Positions 24,981 through 37,861 of a DNA stretch of 64,000 nucleotides are shown in pieces (position 1 is the first letter of the stretch; every line of letters starts with the position of its first letter). Source of the DNA: Chiloscyllium plagiosum. Its lineage: Eukaryota. Below the pieces are notes generated by a model. The model was not told the DNA's origin. It was given only the letters and a program-made list of their open reading frames with translations, and did not search any database. Location: the NCBI RefSeq assembly GCF_004010195.1, contig NC_057718.1:18135728-18199727 (forward strand), read 5' to 3'. The position numbers were made by a program, and so were the translations under genes.

Positions 24981-25890
24981 TTCCTGCAAATTGAGAATCC
25001 AGCTCAGGCCTGGTATTAAGTGCAAGATAGTTCGCATTCCACACCTTGCTGCTAAAGCAAGGCACCACCCCCTGCTGAAGACCTCTGAGCCACTTCCTGG
25101 GAAAGGGCCTGCACGCTCAGTGGATCAAACTGAATGTCAGGTGCAGGGATGGCACAGTCAAAGCAGGGAGGTCGGGCTGTGGCATTCTGCCACATTCCTC
25201 CCATAGTTGCTGAGGTAGAGGAAAAGGCTTGGGCTTGTCAGTGCATACCCTGTTCTGGATCACTAAGGGCTGATGATTAACCTGGCGTCTCAGCCGTAGC
25301 ACTGAGCAATCTCACAGGCTCTAACAATGGAGGTTGTCAATCTTACCTTTGAAAGGCAGCTCTCCCCTCCACTCCCCAACACTGATTTATATGTTTGCTC
25401 TTGAATCTAGTATCACTTTGTATTCCAACTCTAATATGCAGACTTATTGCTTTACATAAATATATATATATATATAAAATTGCAAACACTGCTAATTCAT
25501 TCATTGTACAGTTAAGTGCAGACATTGTTACTAAACTAGGCAACTTCTCATGCTTTTCGCTGACAGACCTGTCACGTTCATTAATATTCAACTACAATAA
25601 GCCTTATATTACCATTCATTTGGGTTCGAGCACTGGCAGTTGAAAAGGTCAGGGTGATCGGAATTGTGAAAAATGCTGTATAAATATTTGAGTTGCGCAC
25701 TGTCTGTGGTCATTAACTCTCCAATTACCCATATTCCATGGCGAAGGGTTTTGTTGTTATTAATATTCCTGAATGACAGACAAAACGCATAATAAATGGG
25801 ACAAACAGCTGCAAAGCCAACCTTCCTACCACTACCGTCGAGTCAATATGAGCTCTTCCGTAGGTGAGAATTGGCCCATGCATTTCACCA

Positions 25891-25960
25891 GCACTTTCCT
25901 GCACTGTCAGTCCTGTGGATAGACGGCACTTTCCTGCACTGTCAGTCCTGTGCATAGACG
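25891..25960. repeat. 35-bp tandem duplication
   Basis: GCACTTTCCTGCACTGTCAGTCCTGTG(G/C)ATAGACG at 25891 and 25926. Confidence 0.95.
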
Positions 25961-27202
25961 GAACCCGAGAGTCAGGAAAAATTGATCAATGAAGCAAAGA
26001 GCTGAGCTCTGATGGAAATTAATGGGATGACAGCTCAGCCTTTGCCCATCAGGTTAATGAGGCATTGTTGCCGGGTTAATGGTTTTGGTAGCCGCAGGAA
26101 CTCTGAGGTGATTGCTGACCTGTGCACACCTGATGCAAAGTTAGATTCTTCCTTAATGCAAATTGGACACCAAGCCAATGGACTAAAGGAGAAGATTGGA
26201 AGGCTCTTGATTATTTAAATAAATATTGCTTCATTTACTGCTCCTTTCAGCATTGGTTGTAAAGGGTCCAGTGGGCCGTGACTTTTCACCTTGGTGTCAC
26301 AATGTTAAGGAAAATGCATATTTATAGATTCTGTTGAATGCATTTTCCCTGGCAACAGACAATAATACTTGGAGCAGTGTTTACTAAGCAGATTCCAACA
26401 ACACTTTAAGAATACTGCAGAAGTAGAGAGAAAGGAAGATCTTCTATTTGTGCAGCACACACTTCAGGACAATACAAAACCATTTCACACCATCTTCATC
26501 AGGTAAAAAGGTTACAATGGTACTCGATCCTCAGATTGCCCCATTGGTGCTGTTAAAATTACAGCCAGGTCTAATGAGATGACTGAACCCGGAGCTGCCC
26601 ATTTTATAAATGGAATCAACTAGCATCAAGCAAGATCTCCATGTCATGTGCTGAGAACAGCAGGCTCAAATTGCTGATGGTGGGGAAAGGATAGGATGTG
26701 AGCCTCTTGCCTAATGGTAACTTGCCAATCAGGTTCCACCCAGTGGTTAGAGTGAAAATAGTTCTTCTAGAGGCTGACATGAAAAGGAATTCTTTAACAC
26801 TTTCAAATGGTATTCAGCAAAACAGGAGATGAAGCAATTTCATGCAAAGTCATTGCAAACACTGACCAAGTGAAATTTTTAACTCCCACTAACTTGGCTT
26901 GTGGTGCTAAAAGTCAGCAAAGGTTTACACATTTTCATCAATAATTCAGAAAGAAAACATGCAGTTTCAAATTGGAGAGGACTTAATCAAATCAGAAGAA
27001 ATCAATTATGATAATTGTGCCTTGCTCTTAATATGTAAATAAGACCAATCTGGTCCCTAGAGAGTCTCTGTGGTCATCAGACTTCTGAAGTTGTGTCATT
27101 CCATTTTTGTATTTCTTAACTCACTGGCCCATTAATTCATTTATTGCTTATGAATAAAAGAAAGGCTTTCTGGATTGATAATGCTGCTTCACTTTGCAGA
27201 GT

Positions 27203-27517
27203 AGATTACAGATTTACAGATTACATTACAGTGTGGAAACAGGCCCTTCGGCCCAACAAGTCCACAACGACCCGCTGAAGCGCAACCCACCCATACCCCT
27301 ACATTTACCACTTACTTAAGACTACAGGCAATTTAGCATGGCCAATTCACCTGACCTGCACATCTTTGGACTGTGGGAGGAAACCGGAGCACCCAGAGGA
27401 AACCCACGCAGACACGGGGAGAACGTGCAAACTCCACACAGTCAGTTGCCTGAGGCGGGAATTGAACCCGGGTCTCTGGCGCTGTGAGGCAGCAGTGCTA
27501 ACCACTGTGCCGCCCAC
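27203..27517 (-). mobile_element. Young HE1-like SINE
   Basis: Near-identical to 19892-20212. Confidence 0.95.
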
Positions 27518-27683
27518 TTAGTAGATGGTGATCTTTTAGAAGTTAGAGCAGGATAAACAAAAAATGGTAGTGTGTCATTACTGAAGAAGGGGACCTTAGA
27601 AGGTGTCCAGAGTTACAGACGTTACTTGGGACTGCAGGGCATGCAAATATAGGTAGGCGTCGCTGAGAATGTTTGTAGGGTTT

Positions 27684-28190
27684 TAGAGGTGGGGTTGGGG
27701 ATATCTTTGCACCTCTGTTGGAAGTTCAATTAGTGAATTAACTCTTCCATGCTTGAGAAACCATCAAAACCAAATTTTACAAATCCAAGTGACATTTACA
27801 TCAGTGTCCACAGAGTAAACAAACTGTGCAAAATGGTTTTTAGATTAGATTAGATTACATTACAGTAGAGGTGGGGTTGGGGATATCTTTGCACCTCTGT
27901 TGGAAGTTCAATTAGTGAATTAACTCTTCCATGCTTGAGAAACCATCAAAACCAAATTTTACGAATCCAAGTGACATTTACATCAGTGTCCACAGAGTAA
28001 ACAAACTGTGCAAAATGGTTAATTGGACCGATTTTGTTTGTTGCTTTGTTGGGCTGCTACACAGTCAGTCGCCTGAGTCGGGAATTGAACCCGGGTCTCT
28101 AGCGCTGCGAGGCAGCAGTGCTAACCACTGTGCCACCGTGCCGCCATCGGTTAATTGGACCGATTTTGTTTGTTGCTTTGTTGGGCTGCT
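27684..28190. repeat. Duplicated flanks interleaved with HE1 tail and head pieces
   Basis: 27684-27838 matches 27866-28020 (1 SNP); SINE tail at 27839-27865; SINE head at 28059-28146; 28017-28058 matches 28149-28190. Confidence 0.9.
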
Positions 28191-28644
28191 CTGACTGAAG
28201 ATTAATCTCCTTTTCTCAAATACTTCTTTTCATTGAATTTTGAAGGTGCAATGATTGATTTTTGGAATAGCAGTAGTTGGTCACCAACCATTGAAAGGGA
28301 AGGAAGTGAATGTAGCAGAAGAGTGTCTGTGTCCAGTGCTCCATCAGGGCTGCACAGGTTCAAGGCCATATAGAACTGCAGAATACACAATGCCATACAC
28401 CAAACAGGCATCACACTGCCCTCATTCCCTTTAAGATGTGCATGCATACGACAATCTTGTAAAAGACCCATGGTGCAAACATCAGTGCAGGCACTAGAAA
28501 AATTGTAAGCCTCAAGCTCAGCCTCTTACCCTGAGTGAACCTTCCAAATGTGCACATTTGCATTTTGCTAACTCATTCCGTCAGCTTTGAATTTCCCCAC
28601 ATTCCCACCCCACCATGTCTGTCCAAATCTTCAAAGATAATTCA

Positions 28645-29152
28645 AAGAACTGTGGATGCTGGAAAATCAAAATTTAAACAAACATTGCAAGAGAACCGGG
28701 ACAAGTGATGGACTTGTTAGTGGGTGAACATCTTGGTGATGGTGACCACAATTCTGTGACTTTCACCTTGGTAATGGAGAGAGATAGGTGCGTGCAACAG
28801 GGCAGGTTTTACAATTGGGGGAAGGGTAAATGCAATGCTGTAAGACAGGATCTGAGGAGCATAAGTTGGGAGCATAGGCTGTCAGGGAAGGATGTCGTGG
28901 AAATGTGGAACTTTTTCAAGGAACAGATTCTAGAAACTCGGCAGGTCTGGAAGAATCTGTGGACAGAGACAAATGGAGTATTTTTTTCAAGTTCAGTATG
29001 ATTCTTCTTTTGATCTCTTAAGCTTGAGTTCTGAAGAAGGACTACATTGGATTTGAGATGTTAAATTTGTTTCTCTCTCCTCAGATGGTGCCAGACCTGC
29101 TGAATTCCTCCAGCATTTTCTGTGTTTATTTCAGAATTCTAGCATCTGCTTT
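28645..29152. mobile_element. Family C palindromic mini-element interrupted by a CR1 ORF2 piece (~28690-28930)
   Basis: GGATGCTGGAAAAT... | LVGEHLGDGDHNSVTF (CR1 endonuclease C-terminal motif) | AAACTCGGCAGGTCTGG...GTT-CTGAAGA...CCAGACCTGCTGA. Confidence 0.7.
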
Positions 29153-31369
29153 GGCTTCTGTAAAAGAATCCAGCTACATCTGCGTTAAAACTATTCAATG
29201 ACCTTGCCTCCACCCACTTCTGTGACAGAGAATTCCAAAGTTGTACAACCTTCCACGCGAAAAACAATTATCTTCATTTCTGCCCTAAAAGGAAAACCCC
29301 CCAATTTTTACAGACTGCCTTCTAGTCCTGGACTGACCCACAAGATGAAGCATCCTTTCCCCACCCACCTTGTCAAGACAATTCAGATTTGTACACTGCA
29401 ATGAAATCATCCATCACTTAGCTGAACTCCAATCGAACAAACACAGTCTGTCCAACTTTTCTTCAAAAGCAATCCATTCATTCAGACATCAAATCTCCTA
29501 AACCTCTCGGAACCACATCAAAACAATTACATCCTTCCTTACCTAAGGAGGCCACAATATCCGGGAGCAGAAAAATGCATTGTTGTTGTAGTAAGAGGAT
29601 TCACATAATTGCGCAGAAAGAACCTTCTAATATGGTTAAAGTGATGAGCATTGACACAATGAGCAAACTTTCCAGAGAGATAAACCAGTAATTCATAGAT
29701 TCATAGATCCAAATGCATTGTGATACTTGAAAATGAATGTAATGGTCGCACTGGAGCTCCATTCTAAAACATATTCAAAGAGTCAGGTCAACTTGTGTCA
29801 TTAGTACATCTCACTGTCTTTTTTCCTTATTGGTTAGCAGAAACGTTTAATATCTGAATTGGGTACAAACCTCTCCATCACCAAGACTGTGTAATCTCTT
29901 AAACTGAATGATATGGTGAAAGGTGAGAAAGTATTTTGAGAATCCTTCACTGGTTAGTGTACCTGTTGTCTACTGCTCTGCTCTTCCCCCATTGCATGAG
30001 AGCATCCAGGGCCAGTGATGTCTGACATCAGCATCCATACCATTCCAAGTGTAACACCAGCCTCATTAACACTTCAAAAATATCCAATGAGGTCTCTACC
30101 TTATGAAATGTTTTCAGTTCTGGGCAGGGTAGCTGGAGTTCAGTGACATATTTAGGATGGGGCGCTGTAGGCTTGGCCGGTTCAATCTTGTTATCTCCAG
30201 TTCCCACACACTGGCCCACAGAATGTAGTTTATTTTGTTTGATCCTTGGGATTCATTTCTGAAGCTATTCACATTCTTTCTCAAAGAAAGCCACCTGTGG
30301 GTATGAACTAATCATTTTCTGCTCTCTCTCAGTAGTACCAATCAATACCATCATTGATGGCTGACCCACTTCATCTCTGGCTGTGGAGGCGCAAGGCAAC
30401 TTCAGAACAGACGTACAATATGGGCCAGCCTAGGTTCCTAACAAGAAGTAAGTTACTTGATGTGCCCTTGCAGAATCCCATCCGATAAAGAACAGTTGAA
30501 CATCTGTCTCAAGTGGTGAGAATGAAGAGGATCTCAGCTATGAGTTACCTTGGATATGTCTGGGACCATATGTAACCTATGGGTACTCTGTGGGTGACTG
30601 CTTGTCAAATGTCACTGAGTGCAGAACTGAAACAGGGGCACACTTGTTCATTTAGAAAGGGATTGAACAGCTGGCAGTCTGTTTGGCATTCCTGTCTGTG
30701 ATACTCAACTGAGCTTACCTTGAAGTGCCATTGCAATCCTTGTAAGGAGACATTAAAAATTAAACAAACAACATGTGAGCACGGTTACCTTGTCGACTGT
30801 CTTGAGATCAATTATTTGTGTTCTGCTTCAATTTATATTTTGATAACAGAAGAGACAGAATTGCCATTTCCATCCAGGCTCTTGTCCTTCTGTAAGACAT
30901 ATTCCTCAACTCCAAACAAGAAACAAGAGTGCTCTGTGTGTAGTGATTGTAATAAGTTCAGCCAGGTGAACCTCGTGGAGTATGAGTTCCCTGATTGGGG
31001 CTGTTAACCTGGTCCAATCAGGGAGCCCTGGCTGACAGATATAAAAAAGGAGTGTTACGGGTTCTGTTCACTCTGAGAGCTGGATCAGTGTCAACTACTA
31101 TACATGTGTAAATAAAGGGTGACTTGGTGATGGGATACTGGCTTCTGTGGAGTGGTGATGAATGAAAAGCACAATCCTGAAGACATTCGCATGCAACACT
31201 CGTCTTTGAGTCAGAGCAAGCATCTCTGGCATCATGCTGTTATTTAGGAAACCTGACTTCTTTGATCCTGCCATCAAAGACTGGGCTCAGTTTGTGGAAT
31301 GAATGCATAATTTGTCCCGGGTAAAGATCATTGCTAGATACTGGCTGAACTCCACCAGGGTCATCCAGG

Positions 31370-31920
31370 AGTTTCCAAAATGAAGATGTTGGTGAGATGT
31401 TAAATTTGTTGGCCAGGGTTGGATGCTGACGTAGCTGCATTGGTGGGGCAGTGCCCAGAATGCTAGAAACAGCAACAATTACTGCCAGCAGCTCCCCCAT
31501 ATTCGTGGGAATGGCTGGATAAAGCCTGGACTTGGTTACACGTCGACAATGCAGGTCTTTCTGTGGGTTCAATGTTCTTAGTCATGGTGGACACTCACTC
31601 AAAATGGCTGGATGTATCGAGTTTATTTGTCAAACGTGGGGATGATGATAAAAAAACTGTGAGCATCTTTTACCATACAGGGATTCCTGGAAGTATTGGT
31701 AACAGATAACAGCCCATCATTTACCAGCAAGGAATTCAAGTATTTCCTAAAGTCGACATATAAAGACAGCTCCTTGCCATCCATTATCATATGGTCTGGC
31801 AGAAAGAGCAGTCCAAACTTTGAAGGCAGGCTTAAAGAAACAGCCTTCAGGTTCCCTAGATACTGAACTGTCCTGGTTTCTATTTGATTATAGGAACCTC
31901 ATGCAACTACAGGGATAGCT
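31370..31920 (+). pseudogene. Degenerate Gypsy integrase (Zn-binding CxxC plus DDE core)
   Basis: Motifs hand-translated across frameshifts, as listed for the enclosing element. Confidence 0.8.
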
Positions 31921-32570
31921 CCAGCAGACTTTCTAAGATACTGAACCAGGTTAAATCTGATCATCCCGAAGCAGAGGGAGGGTGAAAAAGCATCAGGAAT
32001 GTCAATGCCAGACTCAAGACTCCCCTAAGTGAGAGAGACAGTTTACTTCAGGGGATGAAGTTTGGTACTAAAACCAGAGAAATGGCCCTGCATGGATAAG
32101 AGTCATTGTCGATGCGAGGTCAGGTCCGGTGACATAGGTGTAACACTCCTGAACATGCACATAGACCATATGAAAGGTGCAAACTCACAAATAGTGCAAG
32201 AACAAAACATGCCCGGCTCCTTGACTGCCTTTCTGACTATTATGGAACCCATACGCTCTCCCTCTCCTTTAAACATTGAAGATACCTTGGAATCTGAAAT
32301 GGGTATGGTGAATGTCGCCACCTTGATGCCTTTGCCATCTGAAGAGGGGAATGAATTTTTTCTGAAAAGCTCTGGGCACAAGAGACGGGTTACTGTGTGT
32401 TTCTCGCTGATCATGTCAGAGGCAGTGTTGGAGGAACCTGATCCAATCTTAAACACCCCAGGAGAACCTAGAAGAAAAAAAATGGCCCATTTACTCGAAT
32501 TCAGAGAAAGAGAGATAAAGTGACTGCAACAAAGTCAGCTTTGAATCTAGATTCTCTGATTGGTGCTATT

Positions 32571-33865
32571 AGAGTCATAGAGTCATAGAGATGTACAGCA
32601 TGGAAACAGAGCCTTTAGTCCAACCCGTCCATGCTGACCAGATATCCCAACCCAATCTAGTCCCACCTGCCAGCACCTGGCCTATTTCCCTCCAAACACT
32701 TCCTATTCATATACCCATCCAAATGCCTTTTAAATGTTGCAATTGTACCAGCCTCCACAACATCCTCTGGCAGCTCATTCCATACACGTACCACCCTTTG
32801 TGTGAAAAAGTTGCCCTTAGGTCTCTTTTATATCTTTCCCCTCTCACCCTAAACCTATGCCNNNNNNNNNNNNNNNNNNNNNNNNNNNNNNNNNNNNNNN
32901 NNNNNNNNNNNNNNNNNNNNNNNNNNNCAATACTCTGACCAATAAAAGAAAGCATACCAAACGTCTTCTTCACTATCCTATCTACCTGTGACTCCACTTT
33001 CAAGGAGCTATGAACCTGCACTGTAAGGTCTCTTTGTTCAGTAACATAACCTAGGACCTTACCATTAAGTGTATAAGTCCTGCTAAGATTTGCTTTCCCA
33101 AAATGCAGCACCTCGCATTTATCTGAATTAAACTCTGTCTGCCACTTCTCAGCCCATTTGCCCATCTGTTCCAGATCCTGTTGTAATCTGAGATAACCCT
33201 CTTCGCTGTCCATTATACCTCCAATTTTGGTGTCATCTGCAAACTTACTAATTGTACCTCTTATGCTCACATCCAAATCATTTATATAATTGACAAAAAG
33301 TAGAGGACCCAGCACCGATCCTTGTGGCACTCCACTGGTCACAGGCCTCCAATCTGAAAAGCAACCCTCCACCACCACCCCCTGCCTTCTACCTTTGAGC
33401 CAGTTCTATATCCAAATGGCTAGTTCTCCCTGTATTCCATGACATCTAACCTTGCAAACCAGTCTCCCATGGGGAGATCACATCTACTGCTCTGTGCTCA
33501 TCAATCCTCATGATTTCCCACACACAAAGCCATGTTGACTATCCCTATTCAGTCCTTGCCTTTCCAAATACATGTACATCCTATCCCTCAGGATCCGTCC
33601 AAAAACTTGCCCACCACCGAGGTCAGACTCACTGGTCTATAGTTCCCTGACTTGTCCTTACAACCCTTCTTAATCAGTAGCACCACGTTAGCCAACCTCC
33701 AGTCTTCTGGCACCTCACCTGTGACTGTCGATGATACAAATATCTCAGCAAGAGGCCCAGCAATCACCTCTCTAACCTCCCACAGAGTCCTCGGGTACAC
33801 CTGATCAGGTCCTGGGGATTTATCCACCTTTACCTATTTCAAGACATCCAGAGACATCCAAGACA
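32571..33865 (-). mobile_element. HER1/CR1 LINE RT fragment inserted in the Gypsy 3' LTR
   Basis: ORF 32707-33378 SGVPQGSVLGPLLF...SKFADDTK; ORF 33588-33827 KSPGPD...NYRPVSLTS; (CTATGACT)n tail. Confidence 0.95.
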
Positions 33866-34439
33866 TTAATTTTGTCCAATCAAGGTGTCCTGGCTGACAG
33901 ATATAAACAGGAGTGTCAGAGGTTCTGTTCACTCAGAGAGCTGGCTCTGAGGGAGCTGCATCAGGTCAATGACTCTCCATGTGTAAATAAAGGGGGACTT
34001 GGTAATGGATACCAACCATTGCAGGTTTAATTCACGGTGGTTCAGTATTCACTTGAAGTAGGACTTAAAAAGTTTTACATAAGAGATTATTGTTCTAGTG
34101 TTGCTGCAGCCATTTCCCACATCGCCCCTCTTGCAGTTTCATTACAAATTTCGAGGTGACCAGCAGTCCTTTAAGAATTGATAGCCGCAGATACTGCACC
34201 CCCTCTGTTCAGTGCTGTGTACTTTGAGTGTTGTAAGTTATGAGTTTAAAAAGAAACACAAGTTGGATCACTTGTAATTTGAAATTTATGGCCTACGATT
34301 CTTCCTCTTCAATATCGCAATCAACTATCTGAATTTGGCTAGCTAATATTAAAAGTGATCATTAAACAATGGCTTCCTCCATTCATATCCACAGAGAAAG
34401 GTGTGCAAAACCAATATCGGCCAAACTCATCGAAAAGGT

Positions 34440-34620
34440 TTCTCCGCTCATTATCGAGCTGCTGTTTGTGTGATCCTGCGATATCCATACTGACTACTGC
34501 ATTTCCTAGGCTCTGCTTTCCAGCAGTTAGTGCACTTCAAAAATGAGTTTGTTAGCTGTGAAGTAATTTGGGGCATTCTGAAGTTCGGAAAGAGGCAACA
34601 GCAATATCAGCTCTTTCTTC
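34440..34620 (+). mobile_element. Decayed Deu-domain SINE tail
   Basis: GCTGTTTGTGTGATCCTGC..CATTTCCTA..CACTTCAAAA..GCTGTGAAGT..TTTGGGGCATTCTGA. Confidence 0.5.
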
Positions 34621-36257
34621 TGCCCATTGCAAAATGCATGATAAGGAGCAAAACACAGTCATGTATTTCTGGGCAACGTAATTGTCTTTCAGACCTTTAA
34701 TATTGTTAATTAAGATAACTATGACTCAGAGACACGTTGTGTAAGATAATTGACAACTATCCTTCTTACTTTGAAACATTTAATTAAAATCCTCTCTTTT
34801 TCTTCATATTTCACATAGTGTGGGTGCAAGGTGCATATTAATTCTGGCATGAATGGCTCCCATGTTTGCTGGTTTATTTTTCAGATACTTGTCAGATTCA
34901 TAAAACATTGCTTTTTTTTTCCACGGCACTGACTGTAATCTGTAAGGCATTGTCTGCAGTTTAGTTTCTCCTGCTTCACAGCTGTATTTACTCAACATGT
35001 GCTATTTGCAGTCTTAATGCTTCAACAGGGATTAAACCACTTTAAGGCAGGAGTGGTCAGATTGAATGTTCTATTCTCTGGTGGTTGTACAATTAAAGAA
35101 ATTAACCTGACTTCATATTTTTCCTCAGTGTCCTATTGATGTACTCAAATGCTGATAGAATTCTCTTCTACCTCGTGTTGCAGTGACTGGCTTTCTTGGT
35201 TTTCCTCATTATAAGGTTAAAGATGCAGAGTTCCCTGAGGACAGTGTGTCACAGTCTCTCTCTTTGAGATGGTTCATTGAAACAGAGGCTGCACAATGGG
35301 GGGTTGTTGGGAGCTGCTGGCTACCATATTGGGCAGGAGAAATGGCATGCATGAAATTGGTGGAGTCCATTCACCAGCCGGGAATTAGAGGGAGGTATTG
35401 AGAGAAAAGAACATTTTGTGCAGTTGCCACACAAATGCTTTAATCCTGAGCCTGCACTCATTGACAGTGATTCTTCCTTTTGTGACATGGTGGCACAGAG
35501 ATGTCTGTGGCAGATAGTTATGCCATCCCCTGGATACTGACCTGGAAACAACTTGCAGCCAGTGTTGGCAGCATGAGCTACATGTGCCAGCTGTCCACTT
35601 GTATTAAGACAACCTGACAGGGACTTCCTAAGCAAGAAATGACAAGCTGATTCCTTTCCTATGTGCACAGAAGCCATTGGTTTGATGAGGATCAGGACTT
35701 TTTCCAAGCGACAGGCTGTCTATGATTGCAGGGCATCTTAGATGGCACCTGTCTGTTCATCATCTGTCCAGCAGGATTGGCACCTCCTACCACCTCTACA
35801 TGCTCCAGTCACACTATCAATTACTTGCCTTTATAGTATCATGCCTTTGCAATGTAGAGTGACCAATGCAGTTTTTAGAGATGGGAGCATATTTGTCCAG
35901 TGAACCTAAAGAGGGATGACCGGAATTTCAGTTGAAATGATTGCCGTGAGAACATTTTTGAAAGTGAGAGAAATATGGTGAGGCAGAGGGGTTTGAATTG
36001 TGAATTCCAGAAGAAGAGGATGAGAATTTTAAATCAATGCCCTGGGACAAAAGAACAGAAAGCGCTGATAGTGAATGCACAAGTGATGGGAAAGTGGGAT
36101 TAGTCTGATAAAATTTGAGTTGCTGAGTTTTCTTACGTATGTAAAAGAAAAGATATGAAACTGTCATGGAGAACATTAAAGGAATTAATTCCAGAGAAGA
36201 GACAAAACATATAAGCAGCAGCAGGTAATGTTCCAGAGATGGATCAGAATGGTTAAA

Positions 36258-36452
36258 GTTAAAAATCATACAACGCCAGGTTATAGTCCAACAGGTTTAA
36301 TTGGAAGCACTCGCTTTCAGAGTGCTGCTCCTTCGTTGTGGAGTGGCACTCCGAAAGCTAGTGTGCTTCCAATTAAACCTGTTGGACTATAACTTAGTGT
36401 TGTGTGATTTTTAACTTTGTACACCCCAGGCCAACACCAGTGTCTCCAAATC
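36258..36452. mobile_element. Palindromic family B mini-element with the centre deleted
   Basis: GTTAAAAATCA..GTTATAGTCCAACAGGTTTAATTGGAAGCAC is inverted relative to GTGCTTCCAATTAAACCTGTTGGACTATAAC..TGATTTTTAAC; retains GAAAGCTAGTG. Confidence 0.85.
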
Positions 36453-37815
36453 ATTCTTGGTTAATGCGGCCTTGATAAGCAGGGCAATGACACTCACCTT
36501 ACTGTGGAATTCAGTCTGTGTTTGGAACTGAGCTATGAAGAGGTGAGGAGCTGTGAGGTCCTGACAGAATCCAATCTGAGGGTTAGTGAGCAGGTGTTTG
36601 CTGAGCAACTACTGTTTGGTAGCACTGTCAACAACTGTTTCCATCCTTTTGCTAATTATGCAGTGTGTACTGATGGGGTGGTAATTAATGGGGCTGTATT
36701 CATCCTGCTTTTTGTAAATACTACAATTTTCACATTACCAGGTAACTGTACTGGAACAGCTTGGTTAGGAGCATGGTTAGTTCTGATGTTACCCCTGGCA
36801 TGCTTTCTTATCACTTTCCATTGAACTAGGATTAAATTTCCAGCTTCGAGGTAATAGTAGAGTGGGGGATATGCCAGACCTTGAGCTGCCAGATTGTGGT
36901 TGAATATAATTTTGCTGCTGATGTCAGAAAGAGCCTCATGGAGACCAAGGTTTATGTTTCTAGATCTGTTTGATGTTTGATCCATTTAGCACGGTGGTAA
37001 TGCCCTACAACACAAACATTAAGTGAAGACAGGACGTTGTCTCCATAGTGACTGTAGAGTACTCACACCCACCAATACTGTCATGGACAGATGCATCTGC
37101 GTCAGGTAGATTGTGGAGGTTAGGGTCCTCTTGTTGATCCCATCAGACATGGTCAAGCAGCTGTATCCTTTAGGATCCAGTCAGCTTGGTCAGTAGTGGT
37201 GCTACCAAGTCATTCTTTCTAAAGAGTTTTGAAGTCGCCACCCAGAATACATTCTGTGTCCACGTCACAAACAGTGCTTTCTCAAAGTGGTGCTCAATGT
37301 GGAAATATTTTGATTCACCCACCAATAGGGTGCAATGAATGGCTATCTATAAAAGAGTTCTGTACCCAGGGACATCATGGGTCCAGGGAAATCCCTTCCT
37401 GACTGTATACTCTGGAATGACGCTGGTGGTGATTGGGATATTGCAAGTTCTGATTCTGTGAGTATGACTGTCATGCTATGGCTTGGCTAGATCATTGGAA
37501 AGCTCCCCAGCTGTTTCCGTAACCACTACAGTGGTCTTTGCAGTTTCATCCTGTTTTCTAATTTTACAGTGGCTTGTTGTAACTGAGTTGCTTCTTTGGT
37601 CCTTACAAAGACCAGTGAAAGAATCAACTACATTACTGTAGGCCAGACTGGGTGAGCTTGAAGGAGATCGGTGAACCGGATGTGTTTTTAACAACAGTAG
37701 ATACATCATTGCCTGACTTTTCATTCCAGACATTTATTGAATTCAAATTTCACCACTGAATGGTGAAACCCCAACCACAGAGCTCTGGGTTACTAGTCTA
37801 GTCCCCCTGCTCCCC
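36453..37815 (-). mobile_element. LINE family 2, 5' half: SINE-like head followed by EN/ORF remnants
   Basis: Minus strand shows the family-2 SINE body (GAATTCAATAAA, CATCCGGTTCAC, CAGTCTGGCCTACA) then GGGGAGCTTTCC...GTCATACTCACAGAATCA (GELS..VILTES). Confidence 0.65.
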
Positions 37816-37861
37816 CTTCCATAGTTGGACACAAGAGTCAAGGATAATCATAAGGTATAGG

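Larger units (their letters stand above)
30939..34034 (+). mobile_element. Internally deleted Gypsy (Ty3) LTR retrotransposon, probably Mag-like
   Basis: 5' LTR ~30939-31152; 3' LTR 32516-32570 plus 33866-34034; gag start MLLFRKPDFFDPAIKDWAQFVE; integrase remnants WPGLDADVAALVGQCPEC, WLHVDNAG..MFLVMVDTHSKW, LVTDNSPSFTS, GLAERAVQTLK; flanks CTGTG and CGGTG. Confidence 0.85.

Noticed and set aside
32062..32523. 153-aa ORF as an independent gene
   Set aside because: Lies in the post-integrase region of the decayed Gypsy element.
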